Shown here one piece after another: positions 36,060-49,900 of a stretch of 64,000 bases of DNA. Source of the stretch: Tilletiaria anomala UBC 951 (Eukaryota); NCBI RefSeq assembly GCF_000711695.1, contig NW_013547011.1:1-64000 (forward strand), read 5' to 3'. A program made the translations under genes and the position numbers. Under the pieces are notes generated by a model. It saw nothing but the letters and a program-made list of their open reading frames with translations. It searched no databases and had not been told where the DNA came from. The first letter of the stretch is position 1. Every line of letters starts with the position of its first letter.

Positions 36060-36470
36060 TTCCCACAGGGTTTGGATAGCAGCAACGCATCGTCCACTCG
36101 ATTTGATGTCGCAGCACCTCCTTGTTGTTGGCCCATGCCGATTTCTTTTGTGTCATATCCTCTGGTCATCGTCACCCGCACTTTTGCTTCGCCGGCCCAT
36201 CGCGTTGCCCTTTTCCATCGAGCTGTCTTACCCGACCGCCGAACGCGCGTGTCGATTTCCTGCACTTTTCTGTCAATCTGTCACCGTGTCCTCAAAATCA
36301 TCTGCTTGCCTGGCCTGCGCTACACGACAAGGTCGTCGCTTCCATCAGCATCGACGGCGTGAGTTTCCCTCACGCCTCATCGTCCATATTCCTACCCCTG
36401 CCCCTGCCTCCGCGGCCAACGACTACATCTCCACACAAGGCTGACACGACACCCGACGAGGTGATGCAAT

Positions 36471-39293
36471 ATGTCCGTCAGCCTGTCCGACCCTCGCATT
36501 CAGTTAGCGTACAACGAATTGCAAAGTGCGTCCGCCGGCACCGGCAGCAACGTCATTCTTGGCTACTTTGGATCCAATTCCATCTCTCTTCACAATCAAG
36601 GCACCGGTGGCGTCGAGGAGATCCGATCGTATCTGGATCCCTCCGAGGTGCGTTTCATCCTGCTCAAATATGAGGGCAAATTTTTATTTATTCAATTCAT
36701 GGGGGAGAACATTAGGTTAGTCATTGCGATGAGCCAAACCGCTTCATCCACAGCGAGACGATCGAACTAAACGTGTACTCTGCGACTCTTTCTATACGTT
36801 TCTGATGCAGTGGTGTAAAACGCGCCCGGGCGCTTGTCCACGGACGTGCGGTCTCCAAGCTGTTTGTCTGTCAGGATGCATCTATGCTTCTCACGAGTCC
36901 AGCAGAGGTGACGGAGCAGACGGTCCGCTCCAAACTGCGCATACTTCCTGCAACTAGTGGCAGTGGCCTGGGAATCACGCAGCAACCACAGCGACAGCTT
37001 GTTGAATCTACTGACGCAAGGAGCGTCATATGTGCTTCCACTTACATGTCAGCTGCGCGGAACAGAGCTAGCACCTCTTCTGACACAGGAACAGAACGCT
37101 CTACTGGCACTCATCAACCATACGCATATTCTTCGACGTCAACTCAGTTTCCCTTACAGAACCTTCCTGTGAACGTCGGCCCGCGCCTTCCGGCAGACGC
37201 GCCAGTGCTGCCCTCCGTCGCGCCGCTCAACCTTTCACGCAAGACCTCGTCGTCGAAATTGGTCAGTAGCTCCAATGCAGCCGTGCCCGCGCCGGCGCAT
37301 GTCACGAGCGACACAAACGGGACAGCCGGAGCCCAAACCCACGACTTGCCAAGTGACAGCCCGGCAGCGAGGAAAAGAAGTGGGAGCGGAGGTAGCTCAA
37401 GGTCAACTAGAAAGCAGGATGAATGGGCTGAGACGCTAGCGCATCCTTTGCCGAGCAATGTGGTCGCGCAGGGACGTAAAGGAACGCAAAATCAGGCAAG
37501 TGACCACGCAGCTGACGTGAACGGCAGCGGCACTTCACCAAGCTCATTTTCAAAATCTGGCTACAATCCACTGGCCGCTGCTGCTGCCGCGGCAGCGGCA
37601 GGGTCGGAGCGGGGCTCGCCTGCGCAGAAAATGTCCCAGTCTCAGACCACAGACAGGTGCAATCCATCCGGCGAACAGCCTGTGATCATCCAATATATCC
37701 AGCCTGGCTCCAGCGCAGGGTGTGATGCCCAGAGCTCATCCGCTGGAAGCAAACAAGCGGCACTATTCCCACAACCCCCTTCCGATCATGCGTCGGCGCC
37801 GAATGTTAACAACATCCTGGAGTCGATCACATCGCCCTCGGCAAGCGATGAAGTAAAGGCGCGAGGGCATGGGCGCAGTGTCAGCGCCAATATCAGTTCA
37901 CTGGATCCGCGCTTCGGCAGCACCCAGTGGCTGCCGCCAGGCCAGGCCCATCTTCGAACGAAGGAGCAAGATAAAGAAAATGGAAGGGAAAGAGAGCATT
38001 CTCGAAGCTTTAGTGCGAGCTTCCCTACTCCACCTCATTGCTCTTCGCCTTCGTCCATCTTGGAGCGCGGGACGCCAGCGAGCGAGCGTGCGTACCGGCG
38101 CCGCCTGGAGGCGAGCGGGCTTGAAGGCGAAAGCTGGATCTCACAGCACTCGCGCAAATACTTTGAGCGGGAGGATGACGAAAGGGGCTATGTGCAGCGC
38201 TATCGCGGATCGCCGCCCTCGCAAGATGGACCGCAAGCCTTCTTGCAGCAGCAGTACGGACAGCAAAAGAGCCTGCCTTCGACTCCACCACAGGTCGGTA
38301 CGCCGGAGCGACCCCACAGTCGCGCGGATCAAATAGGTGTGCACAGCGACGCGATCCTCGATGCTTTCTCTCCTGATACGATCAAGGCAATTGAGGCGCG
38401 GCGGCGCTTCGACACGGCGGAACACGCGACGCAGATGCAGCTGCAGAAGGCAAGGGCGAAGCAGGCCAGCGTCAGCATGCAGATTCGTGAGATTGAAAGA
38501 AGGGAGATAGAGAGGGCCCAAGGGGAGGAGATGACGCGCAAAATATGGAATCGCGAGCTGTACATTCGCGAGCGGCTGGATGCCTTTGAGCGCAGTAAGC
38601 TAGAGTCAGCGGTGAGTCCACCAAAGTCCCATGCACCTCGCAAGAAGAGCCTTGAATTCAGATCCTGATGCCTCGGCTGCGCTTCTCTTTTCCCAGGAAC
38701 GCCTGCGCCGCGCTGGCTTGGAGCAGGTACGACGCGAAGAGGCTCGGAAGCTGGACCAGCTTAAGCGCGAGAAGCGGCAAGCACACGAGGAGGAGAAGGA
38801 AGCGCTCGAGGAGAGCGAGCGAAGGCAGCGCGATTCGGCAGCGCGCGAGGCGAGGATGCGGCTGGCGGCGCAGGAGCGCAAGCAGCGCGAAGCCGAAGCA
38901 GCAGCCCGCAAGGAGGCGAAGCTGGCTGAGCGCAAGTCGCTCAAGGTCGAGTTCCAGAAGCTCAGCGCGCTCGACAAGCGCGCCGTCATCATGAGCGGCG
39001 GTATCAGTGTGCAGCAGCCCAACTCGACGATCTTCAAGCGCCGCTTTTACCAGCTGTTCTCGACCGAGCTACTCATCTTCAAATCCGAAGACGACATGAA
39101 GGACGTCCTGTTGAATGTCGGGCTGCAGGACACTGTGAGCAAGATCGAAGACGCGTTCGAGGAGGTGCAGATGGCGCACTCGTTCTGCATCACCTTAAAG
39201 CCGCCGATGGACCCTTTCACTGCATACATGGATTCCAAGGAGCAGAAAGACCTGCTTCTCACTGCCATCGAAGTCATTTCAAGGAGAGAGTAA
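36471..39293 (+). CDS. ADF-H (coactosin/drebrin-like) + coiled-coil + C-terminal PH-domain protein; exons 36471-36715, 36811-38611, 38697-39293
   Basis: N-terminus with VILGY...GTGGVEEIRSYLDPSEVRF...KFLFIQFMGENISGVKRARA. E/R/K-rich coiled coil. PH-like IMSGGISVQQPNSTIFKRRFYQL...HSFCITL...DSKEQKDLLLTAI. Confidence 0.8.
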
Positions 39294-39495
39294 GGGAGCC
39301 ACTCGACGTGTTTGTTGTAGCAATATAATGCCGTTCACATCGCTTTTCGTGCCTGCTTGTAAGCTTTTTTTTGGGATTTTCCCGACATTTGCACATTGAA
39401 CGTGATTTGCAATGATATGAGCGATATGGTACAGCATGCTATGATACAGCTTTTGTGTTTCAATGCACCGCAAAGCGCGAGCGGCCGCATACATT

Positions 39496-41772
39496 CTACT
39501 CGACTTCAAACCAGTACCGCTTCAGGCTCATCTTCTTGTCCGCGGATAGCGCTTTAACGAGTGCGTTCGCCTCGTTCGCTTCGGGCGTACCGGCGAGTGC
39601 GGCGGCGGCGGCAGCGCTCGCGGTAGCATATGCGGCCGCATCTCGCGCGGCTTTGAGCTGCTGCTTGCCTATGAATGGAAGAGGGCGCACCGCCTCGCGT
39701 GCCTCATCCATCCTACGCCGTAGCCTGGCGCGCCGCTGTGTCTCCTCGTTGTCATTGTTGTCGTTGTCGTCATCATTCTTGTCTTGCGTTTCGTCTGCTT
39801 TGCTCCCGTCCGCTTCTTTTCCTTCTCGTGTTCCAGTCCGCTGTGGCTGCTGCCCAGGCTGGCGCGGGGAGAAAAAGTCTGGCGCACGCTGCAGCGCCTT
39901 GATCTTCAGGTCTTCAAACATGGTGACAATATCGCCCGAGCCTTTGCCCGCCTGGACAAAGCGCTCGGCGAGCCAGCAGATCATCAGCGGCGGCGGCGCG
40001 CTTCCCCACTTGGAATCTGCGACCTTCTTGGCGCCAGACTGAGCAGCGAGGGACGGAGCGCCGGTGCCGTCGAGTGCGTCCGAGGAGGGCAGGAAGGGCT
40101 GCAGGTCGAACGGCGAGCGCGGGGAGATGTTGAACAGGCTGCCGAACGTTGTCTTGATCGCGACTGCAGAGTCGTGGTACAGATCGAGGATGCTGCGCAC
40201 GGTTTCGTGGATGGACTGCATGTCCAGATGGAGCAGACGCTGCTCCTTTCCCTTGTCTTCCTGCTCACTCGTCGACCCATTGGGAAGCGTGGCGGAATGG
40301 CTTGGGGCATCGGTCTCCGCTGCGAGTGCGTGGTAGTTGCTTCGCATCTGGGACAGCAGCTCGTCCATCTGCGGCTGGAGGCGCGCAGCATCCAAGCTGC
40401 TGAGGTTGCCGCAATAGTCTGAGGCTGCAAGGAGAATTTCCTGCGCGAGATAGAGGCTGGCTGCGGCGATGATGTTGCTTGGATAGCACAGCACGGCGGA
40501 CGTGCGATGGCTTGCGGGGCCGAGCGGTGGGAGTTCTTGTCAGCAGGTGAGAAGCGAAAGAAGCTGGCCGTTCCTAGGGTACACTCACGCATCGCTCGCT
40601 ACACACCATGCCGTGGCGGAAGCTTCCTTGTCTATGCGCCACAGTCGTGCAAGCTTGACGACCAGCGTCAGCGCGGAAGAGGCGGTCGCGTGGAAGTTGA
40701 AGCATATGCTCTCGAGGAAGAGCTTTTCGAGAGCGTGCAGCTTCTTACGTTCGGCTTCGAGTGCCTTTGCGTCAACGTCGGACTCGGCGACGTGCCGGAT
40801 TCCGCCGGAAGCGAGCGGCGCTTCGAGCTTGGTGTTAACGAGCTGGGGAAAGCGGATCGCGTAGCTTGCGAGCAGCACATCGCGGCCGCGCTTGTATGTG
40901 TCGTTGACCTTGGCCGCGAGCGCGAGCGCGGCGAGCGACACCTCGTGCGGGACAAAGTCGCGCATGGGGAAAAAGAGATGAAAGCGCTGGAAGAGCAGCT
41001 GTGCCGTGCAGGTCGTGCGCTGCGGAAAGCCCATGCGCGCGCCAAGCGCAGCGACAAAGCCGCAGGCGGCCGCTGTGCGCGTCCGCTGCGCCTGGAGCGC
41101 CTCGCTGCTGCCGCCGGCCTGCTCGGCGAGCATCGCGGCCACCTCGCGTGCATTGAAGAAGGGAATGTATGCGCGCGTGTGCACGTCCATCTCGGGCTCG
41201 TTGCGCGACAGCCGCGCGCGCGCGTTCGACAGCAGCTCCTCCACCTCTTCCTGCTGCTTGCTCTCTTCGCGCACACTCAAGCGGTCTGACGCTTGGCGTT
41301 GACCTTGGTCCTGGTGCTGATGTTGGTGCTGGTACTGGTGCACCCGTTGCTCGCCACGCGCATCGTCTGGCGGGCCACGCATGTCTACTGATGCTGCTGG
41401 CTGTTGCTCAAAAGGACGAGGTGCAAGAGCATGGGTAGGCCCATGTGCAAGATGCGGCATGCCGGCGTGAAGGAGACCATGTGGGCGAGGGTCGTGACGG
41501 GGGTGGGGGTGGTGCGCCTGCTGCTGCTGCGGAGGGCGTGAGTAAAATGCTGACGGCGGCGGCCGCGGCGGCAGAGGAGGCGGTCCTGGCGCAGCACGAG
41601 GTACGGCGGTGGTGGCAGCCCCCGGAGGGTGAAACGGGGGTGGAGGCGGACCTGGCGGGCGGCTGTTGCTGGTGCTGCTACTGTTGCGATGCTGTTCGCC
41701 GTAGCGTCTTACCGCTGACGCAGACGCAGGCGGCGGCGGCGGCGGGAAGGCACCACCTGGCGGCGCGGCCAT
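39496..41772 (-). CDS. Transcriptional cyclin (cyclin K/T, Ctk2-like); exons 41772-40589, 40510-39496
   Basis: Cyclin box GFPQRTTCTAQLLFQRFHLFF...LALAAKVNDT...LEKLFLESICFNF, then SDAHRTSAVLCYPSNIIAAASLYLA. Pro-rich N-terminus. Confidence 0.85.
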
Positions 41773-42837
41773 CGTGTGATGCTCGCGGGCGGCAACGGCG
41801 GACGACGGACGAGCGAAGCCGCGCTCCCCCGGTATGTGCCGTTAGCGAGACATGGCGGAGGCGCTCGAGAGCAGACGCGAGATGGACCTTGCCGTGATGG
41901 AATCGTCAGAAGCTTTGCAAACATCGAAGATACGATGAGAAGAGATCCACCCAGGGAGAAGGCGGTTCATGCATATTCTACGTACAAGTCAACAGGAGAG
42001 GGCCTCTTTAGCTACCCTTTATGTATCCGCCCTAAGGCCATAGCGACAGACACCAACGTATCGCAGCCGTAGCAGCGCACAGGGCTGATGGGAGGATGCG
42101 CCGTGGAAAGCTATGTGGCTCGCAGGGACGCCGCAGACGCTGAGAGTAGCTGAAAAACACCCCTTCCGTCGCCTGATGGGCCGACTTTTTGAGCGTGGGG
42201 CTTGCGCGAAGGAGGGGGGGTTGGATGCGAAAGCAGAGCTCTTTCGACTTGTTGGCTGTGTAGCAAGTAGCCCGTCTCTCTCGCAACACCCTGTAGCTGT
42301 ACAGTGTTGTCAATCGCAGTTCTTACACAAATAACCCTCTCATCATGGGGAGCGTCTGTCAGTCTGTGTTGAGGAGCGCTGAATGTAGATAGAGAGGCAA
42401 GGTAGGGTTGCTGTCGCTCTCAGCAATTTCGGGGAGGGCACTGTGGCAGTGTGTTTGTAGTGTGGGACACGCGATTCAACGAGGCTTTCAACTTTGGTCT
42501 CTTCGGTGACCTCAACGGTGATCCTTCGCCCGCCAGTCAGTCTTCGCCCGCGTCGCAGCTTCCCCCTTCTCTCTCGCCCTTTCCCGTCTCTCCGCCACGC
42601 GACCATCCCTTCTGTAGGGTTGTAATGCATCACGGGGCAATCGCAAGTTCAAGGCGGAGAGCAGAGGCGCTGGGCCCACTGCTCGCTGTGTGTGCATTGT
42701 CACCGCCAGCGTTCGTTCGCCTGCTGCGTCGTCGCAGACCAGACTAGGCCAGGCCATGCGCGACAGTCAGACAGCCAGCAGCCGTGAGAGCAGAGCCCGC
42801 GTTCCCGTTGGCACCCTTGACGCTTTCGCAGCAGCGC

Positions 42838-45800
42838 ATGCGACCCAACGCCCTCGGCGCTGGCTTCACTACCATGTCCGCGCAAGGTGATCCTGGGCCT
42901 CGGTCCAGCAGCCGGCTCGCCCACGCCGCGGTAGATAGTGGCGCTACCCCTCCTGCCGCCGACGATGGGCAGTTGCACCCCCACTCGCAAGCGGACCGCT
43001 GGCACCAGTCCAGGGAGCAGCCGCCGCTGCTCGATGCACCCACGCCTGGCGGCGCTTTGGAAGACCCAGATACGCCCGCTGATGCATCCTCATCCTTAGC
43101 AGCCACAGCAACCGCAGCCGACCCGTATTGTGCATCGCCGCAACAGCGGTCGACGCGGCAAGCGTCGTACGACTTGCCCGCCACAGGCGTGTCCAGGCGC
43201 GCCAGCTCGACCGGCGACAGCTGTGAGCGCACAGACTCGCTGAAGGCTGCTGGAGATCGAACTGGCACTGGCATCGGCATCGGACGCCAGATGGGCCAGC
43301 TGAGCATCAACGAGGAGGACAAGGACGTGCAGATCGCCATCGCCGCGCTAGGCAGCATGCGCCAGTCGCATTCGCACAGCGACAACCAGAGGCAGTCACA
43401 CAAGAAGCGAGCCGTTGGCGAGGATGAAGGTCTGCCCGACTCGTCGTCCTCGTCATCCTCAGTCCATGACCGCCCCCAGTTCCACCATTCCGCGCCAGTC
43501 TATTATGACGCCCCCTCGAACGTCGCAGGTCCCAGCAGGCATGCAGCGCTGCTGTCCGATACGCCTGCCTCTGTCCCATCGTCTTCGCTGCGCAGCGAGG
43601 TACTCTCCGAACGCACTGCCCCCCGCTCCTCGCGGCATGCTTCGCCGCCGTCTATCGACTCGTCCTCCGGCGGGACGACCCTCGAAGCCATGTCCTCCGT
43701 CCGCGGTGGACGAGGCGGCAGCCGCGCTCGTAGCGGTCACGACAGTGGCGGAGGGGGGACCGGCACGGGTTCGGAGAGCGCGCACCCGACGACCGCCTTC
43801 ACGATCGACAGCTATGCGCGCGGCGGCGCTGGCGGCAAGCACTCCACGACCGACAGCCAGGCGGGCTCCGACTCGAACTCGACGACGACGACGCGCAGCA
43901 GCACCGCATCCGCGATCGTGCACGATGACGATGGCAACCCGGTGCGCATCGAGCTAGATTCGGACGTCCTTGCGCACGTCGACGGCGACGACGCGGACGA
44001 CGACGCGTTCCTGCAGCGCGTCGGAAAGTTGCCGATCGTCCGCGGGACGCTGCGCGCGTACGAGCTGGGCAAGCAGAAGAGCAGGGTCGTCAAGGTGGGT
44101 TGCTGAGCCATTTTCTTTGCTTTCCTTCTAGCGCGCACGCCGCCCCTGTGCATTTTCTCGGCATGTACTGACGCGGCATGTGCTCGTGTCCCATTTCCGT
44201 CCCCTCTCCTCCGTCTGCCAGTACGGTGCCGACCTCGTTGAGTCGTCCGTCAAGAGCATCTCACGGCCGGTCATCAGCCGCGTCGGCGGCGCGCTCGGCG
44301 AACAGGGCGTGCAGCAGCTGGACAACTTCGCGAGCCGGCAGCTGGAACGCATCTACCCCGCTCTCCACTCCAACCCCTCCACCGCCGCGCTCGGCCGCTT
44401 CTCGCCGACCAAGGAAGAGAAGGCGGAGATGCTGGCCGAGGTTGAGGAGCGCGAGCGCACCGAATGGCAGCACATGGACGACGAGGAGAAGACCAAGCGC
44501 CGCAAAGCGTACTGGGCCCTCAAGCTCGAGGAGAAGGAGCGCGAGATGGTTGTGCAGAAGCTCCGCGAGCAGCAGAGCCGCATCGCGATCAGTTCCAGTG
44601 CATCTCCGGGCGCAAGCGCAGGAATAGGTGTACCGATACGGATAGGCCTCACCGCTCGCGATGGACCCGGCAGCAGCGCCGAGGCGCTGCAGCAAATACA
44701 CGCCGAGCGCCTCGCGGCGGGCAAGCGGCTGGAGGACCTGCCGGCGGAGGATATAGTGCGCGTCACGTCCGATCAGCACGGGCCTTCGCCTTCGCCATCG
44801 CCCTCCTGCTCTTCCTCACTTGTTTCGGCCACAGAGATGAAGCGGAAGTTGTTCAGTGCGTGCGCGGCGCGGGCGGACGCATACCCTCTCTTTCTCCCGC
44901 TTGTGTGGGCTTGCGCGCTGACTTTTGAACCACGCCCTTTGCAGATGAACACAGCGAGCTACATCCAAATCAGGCGCCACATCTCAGCAGCTCTCTCATC
45001 GCGACTGCGGCCCCACAGCAACGGTCAGGGTGGTCAGGCATGCTCGCCGAAGCCGGTGTCACTGCTGGTGGCCTGAGCGCCGCCATGAGTGAGGAGAGCT
45101 TGAAGAGTTTAAAGTATTGTCTGCAGTGGCTCCAGGTGAGTCAGCGTCGCGCAGCCGACCAGGGGGTGACTCTGCTGGTGGGCTGGATGATGCTGACTGT
45201 GGCTGTCTGTCGCCCTTTTTCCCAACAGTACGCTACCGCGCACATGGAGCACCAAATCACGCAGCTGCGCGACCTCATCGTCAAGCTCAACCACGGCGAG
45301 CTCGACATGACCGTCCACGCCGGCCAGCACCTGGGGCACATTAAGGGCGACGTTGTCAACACCATCCGTGGCGTCGTAGATGTCGTTGGCAAATACGCGG
45401 GCGCTGCGCTACCCGGCGCAGCGCGCAACAAGGTCCGCGAGTTCATGCTCAGCCTCCCCGCCCGCTGGGCGACCGTCAACCGCACGCACTCTTTTGCGCC
45501 CGGCAGCGCTTCCGCAGGCAGCTTTGGTGGCAGCCCCGCTTCGCCCTCCTTCTCCCCGGAACATGCGACCGCCGGCAGGAGCGGCAGCACGGCCGACGCC
45601 GACAGCGGGCGAAGTAGCACCAACGGGAGTGCCACCGGCTCGTCAGCGCCAAGCGCCGGGCGCAACCCGCAAGCGGCACACACGGCCATGGCGGCCAACA
45701 AGGTACTGACGCTCGCCGTCGAGAGCCTCGACATCCTGCGCAGTGTCACAGTCGTCTTTGGCGAGTCGCTCGACCGCGCCGATCTGTGGATGGGGCGCCT

Positions 45801-46440
45801 CCGATACCTTGGCCTACAGCGCAAGCGCCAACACGAAGCCGCCGTCGGCCGCATCGAGGTCAGCGTCGTCGGCGACTGGGAGCGCGGCGGCGCCGTGCAC
45901 TCTCGTCCTCACGAGTATGAGCACAGCGGCGGCAGCGGCGCATCGGCACGCGCCAGCTCGCCGGGCGCCTACTCGGACGTCTCCATGGCGAGCGGATCCT
46001 CTAAGCGCCGCAAGCGCTCACGCCGCACGCAGGCGCGCGAACGCGAGCACCAGTATCAGCAGCACCCGCATCGCCACCACTCCCATCATCACCAATCACG
46101 CAAGCCCGACTCGGCGTCCGAAGATGGCAACCTGACCGAGACGGAGCGTGCGACAGAATACAGCGCCGACCTCCCCATGCCGATCTACAACTCTACGACT
46201 GCCGCCAACACCCCCGCGCCTGCTTTCGCGCCAGGGACCGGTAGCAGCAGCGCCTACTCGCACGGCCCGGCACCCGCCTCCTCCTCTGCCGCTGTGCATT
46301 GGCGTAAGAACAACCGATCAGCCACGGCCGCTGCTGCGGGCAAGGCTGCGGGCAGTGGCGCTGGCGGCGCGCGGTCTCGACCGCCTTCCACGCCCGGCAC
46401 GCCGAACCTCAGCAACTCGGCGTCCCTGCATCCCCATTGA
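42838..46440 (+). CDS. OPI1: Opi1-family transcriptional regulator; exons ~42838-44094, 44222-44855, 44945-45135, 45229-46440 (start uncertain)
   Basis: DVQIAIAALGSMR, LPIVRGTLRAYE...SRVVKYGADLVES, SEESLKSLKYCLQWLQYA, VVDVVGKYAGAALP, VREFMLSLPARW and KVLTLAVESLDIL. Confidence 0.85.
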
Positions 46441-46976
46441 TGGTTCCGACCATTCTCCTCGCTCCAGGACCTGCGAGCACCGCCGTGCTCACACGCTCAC
46501 ACACTCTCCTTTACATGCAAGAGAAAACAAGACGTCTTTCTCCTTCGGCACCCTCCCCCGGTCTCTGCGTCTGCGGCTTGCCCGTTCTACATACCTGCCT
46601 CCAACTTTCGTTGCAACGTGTGCCATCAATCTGAGTCGTCGTTTGCTCGCTTCACGTCAGTTCACCAGGCACACTCTACCACATGTACTGCATCCCCCCA
46701 CCCCATTCATCCTGAACGGTTCGTTTCACGCTTAACCTTGCAGTGCTTGGGATATATACAAGAGTGTGTTAGGTAACAAGAGGGAGCGTGCAGGGTCGGC
46801 GGTCCAAAAAGAGTGTGATTTGATTTTGGGAAGGATGCTGAAGGACGTTGAAGGTGTGGATTTGACCACTGTACAAACTGCGAGAAGTCAGATGCTGAAC
46901 TGAGTGGGAAAACGGCGGATGGCGGACGAATCCTTGCCTCAAAGGAACCATGGAGCAATAGCCGAATGTGAACTGG

Positions 46977-49900
46977 CTACATGTTGGGACTCGCAGAGTA
47001 GATGCTCGAGCGAGCATCGGGGCTGCGCGCGAGCATGTCGAGCGTCCACTGCTCGCGCAAAAGAGCAAAGATGGTCTTGAGCGTGTTGTTGCTGCCCTTC
47101 TCCTGTGTGATTTTGACTTTGGTGGCATACACGCCCGCGGCCCCACCAGCAGCAGAGCCTGCAGCCGAATAGATGCTCGACGCCCGGATGCTGTTGGCTC
47201 TCCTTGCCCCTCCAGCACCGCCGCTGCCGCTGGAAGAGTCCGAGTAGGTGGACAGCGTAGGTGACGCAACGCTCAGGCGATTCGGACTGGACGGGGCGCC
47301 AGCGGCCGAGACGATGGGAAGGATGACGAATTCGATGCGGAAACGGACTTGCTTGTTCGCCGTTAGCCGGCCCGTCGAGTCCTTCACATCCAGCGCCGAG
47401 CACTTGAGCACAGGAGCATGCTCAGAGTTTTCCACCGACGTCACCACCCCGAAGCTTTGCAGGAGCTTCTTGGCGGTCTCCAGTGTGACGGTCAAATTCT
47501 CGATCGAATTGAGCGTGAAACTCTGAGAAGCGAACACAGTGTTCAATCCGTCAGCGATGGGCTATAACGCGTGTTCTGCAGCCCTTGTTACTTACCGATG
47601 GCTTCCAGTTAAAAATGCTGCCAAACCAGCTTGCCTGTCTGGGGCTGGAGAACTCGGACGACACAGTACTAGCAACCGGCGAAGAGACGGTGCTCTCGAC
47701 GGTACCACTCGCGGCCTTCAAGTCAAGCCCCAGCCCGGGATTCTTCTGCTGGAGACGAGTGAGCCCTGCCGGTTGGCCAGCCGTGGCAGCCTTGCTCTTG
47801 CTCTCAATACGAAGGGGCGAAGGACCGGGGCGTGTCTGTTCATAGGGCATACCAATCTCATCCCGTGAAGTGATGCCAGAGGCGCGTGCGCCGCCACCCA
47901 TGACGACGCTCAGCCTTTCAGAGTCATTGCTGTGCGAAGTCCCTGTGCTGAAGACGCTCGCTCGCGTGGACGTGGCGGACCTACGGGTTGAGGAGCGTGC
48001 AACCATCGTGTTAGCGTGGGCGTTGGTATTCCCTTGGCTGTCAATCGACAGCTGACTAGAGCGCTTGCGAGGCGAGACAGGCACGTCGCCAGTGCGCGCC
48101 TTGCCCTTGTCCGCGATGGTGAGGGGAGCCACGATGGTCTCCGGTCCACCATAAAGGACGGGTGGTAGAGGCGAAGTAGGGGTGTAAGGTGAGCTAGAGT
48201 CCGTCCCTGATCTGTAGCTCCCGGCTTCGCTGCGGTCGTCATCTGCATCTTCGAAACGAACATCAGCTGCTGGCGACGGTGAAGTTGCTCCCACGGAGCG
48301 AGGGCTCAACCAGCCCGACACCTGGGCTCGATGCATCTTGGCCTGCAAACGATCTGCACGGCCAGGATCCGCACCGCTAGCGCGGATCGAAGCAAGTTCA
48401 TCGGCGACCTCTTTAAGGAAGTGCTGAACGGCTGCATCACCAACGGACGGGACTGGGATGACTGGTTGCTGAATCGAGCTCGTGGGTCGATTGGACAGAG
48501 CCTTGTCTGGCGAAGCTGGACGGGAAGGTGGGCGTAGTGATCCAGCGCGGCTGATAGGAACGCTTGCCGCAGCTTGACGCTTGTAGCCAGCCGCAGCTCC
48601 GCTTGCACCAGCGCTCGTACCCGCCCCCAATATTGCGTTGCTTGCATTGCTAATCGCACCCGTGCCCATGTTCGCACCATGTGTTGCAGCAGGTGTAACA
48701 GCGTCTTTGGCGCTTGCGAGCCCCGCGTCCAAGCCGTCCGTGCCAGGCGTGGCACCGCGGAATGTGATCTGCGGCACACCGCGCGTTGGCGTGCCATCTA
48801 CACTCGAGCGCTGGTGACGAAGCGACTGGGGAGTGTCGTACGCACTAGGAGTCGCGTTTGCGCGGGGATGATCGAAAGAAGACCGCGAACCGGGACCTGT
48901 GCTTGCGTACGAGTTGGCAGCTGTTGCCCGTGGACTACCGCGCGCTGCTGCAGAATCTCCGTCGGCAGTACGCGCGCTTGGTGAGCTGTAGGGTTCTGCG
49001 GATGACCGCCTGTTCAGCACAGGGGTGCGCTGATGCTGGCCCGGGGTCCTGCTGACGCTGCTTGTGCGCGTGGTTTGCGTTTGTGTCTGGTCTTTGTCCA
49101 GCGAGCGGCGAGGACGGGCTCTGTCATCTCGGCCACCATTCGTCACGGTGGTGGACGCGGTGCTGGCAGCAGCGCTGAAAGACGAAGTTGTGGTTGTGAC
49201 CGCAGCTTTTGTTGGTCGCGAGCCGGAACTCGACGATCTCTGCTGCTGCTTTACCAATTGCGCCTGTTGCTGCTTCTGTTGGCGCTGTTGTTGTTGTTGT
49301 TGTTGTTGTTGTAATTGCTGTTGCTGCGCACTAGCTCCTTCGTCGTCACTGCACTCTTCTTCATCGGCGGCAGTCTGATTTCTAAGGAGCAGCTTGTAGA
49401 ACCTCTTCGGCCAATTGTCCGCCTTGCTCAGCAGTTGCGCCCGTAGCTCGTCCCTCGAGACGCCTTGGAAAAGGTATGTAAGGCCTCGAAAGATATCGTC
49501 GTCATCCAGCCCCACGAGGGGCAGCTCGACAGGCAGATCGTCCGCGACGACTTGGACAGGATTGGTGCTGGAAAGCTTGCCGTGATTGGTAAACCAGTCA
49601 TGCGCGAATATCTCCTTCATTGTGTAGCGCTTGCGCGGGTCTACGACAAGCATCTTGCATATGAGGTCCTTGGCATCCTCATCGCGCAGGTGCTTGGGCA
49701 TCTCAAATTTCCCGTCCTTGACCTTCTGCAGGAGCGTGCTCATGTTTGGGTCATCGAAGGGGAGCTTGCCGCAAAGCAGTGCAAAGAGGATGATACCGCA
49801 GGACCATATATCAGTTGACGTACCAACGTAGGCGCGTCCTGAGACAATCTCAGGCGAGGCATAGTGAGGACTGCCACAGCTCGTCTCGAGCATTCGCCCG

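Noticed and set aside
40507..41289. 260-aa plus-strand ORF (and similar ORFs at 45141-45854 and 56167-56994)
   Set aside because: Antisense shadows of GC-rich genes (cyclin, Opi1, GPATCH1).
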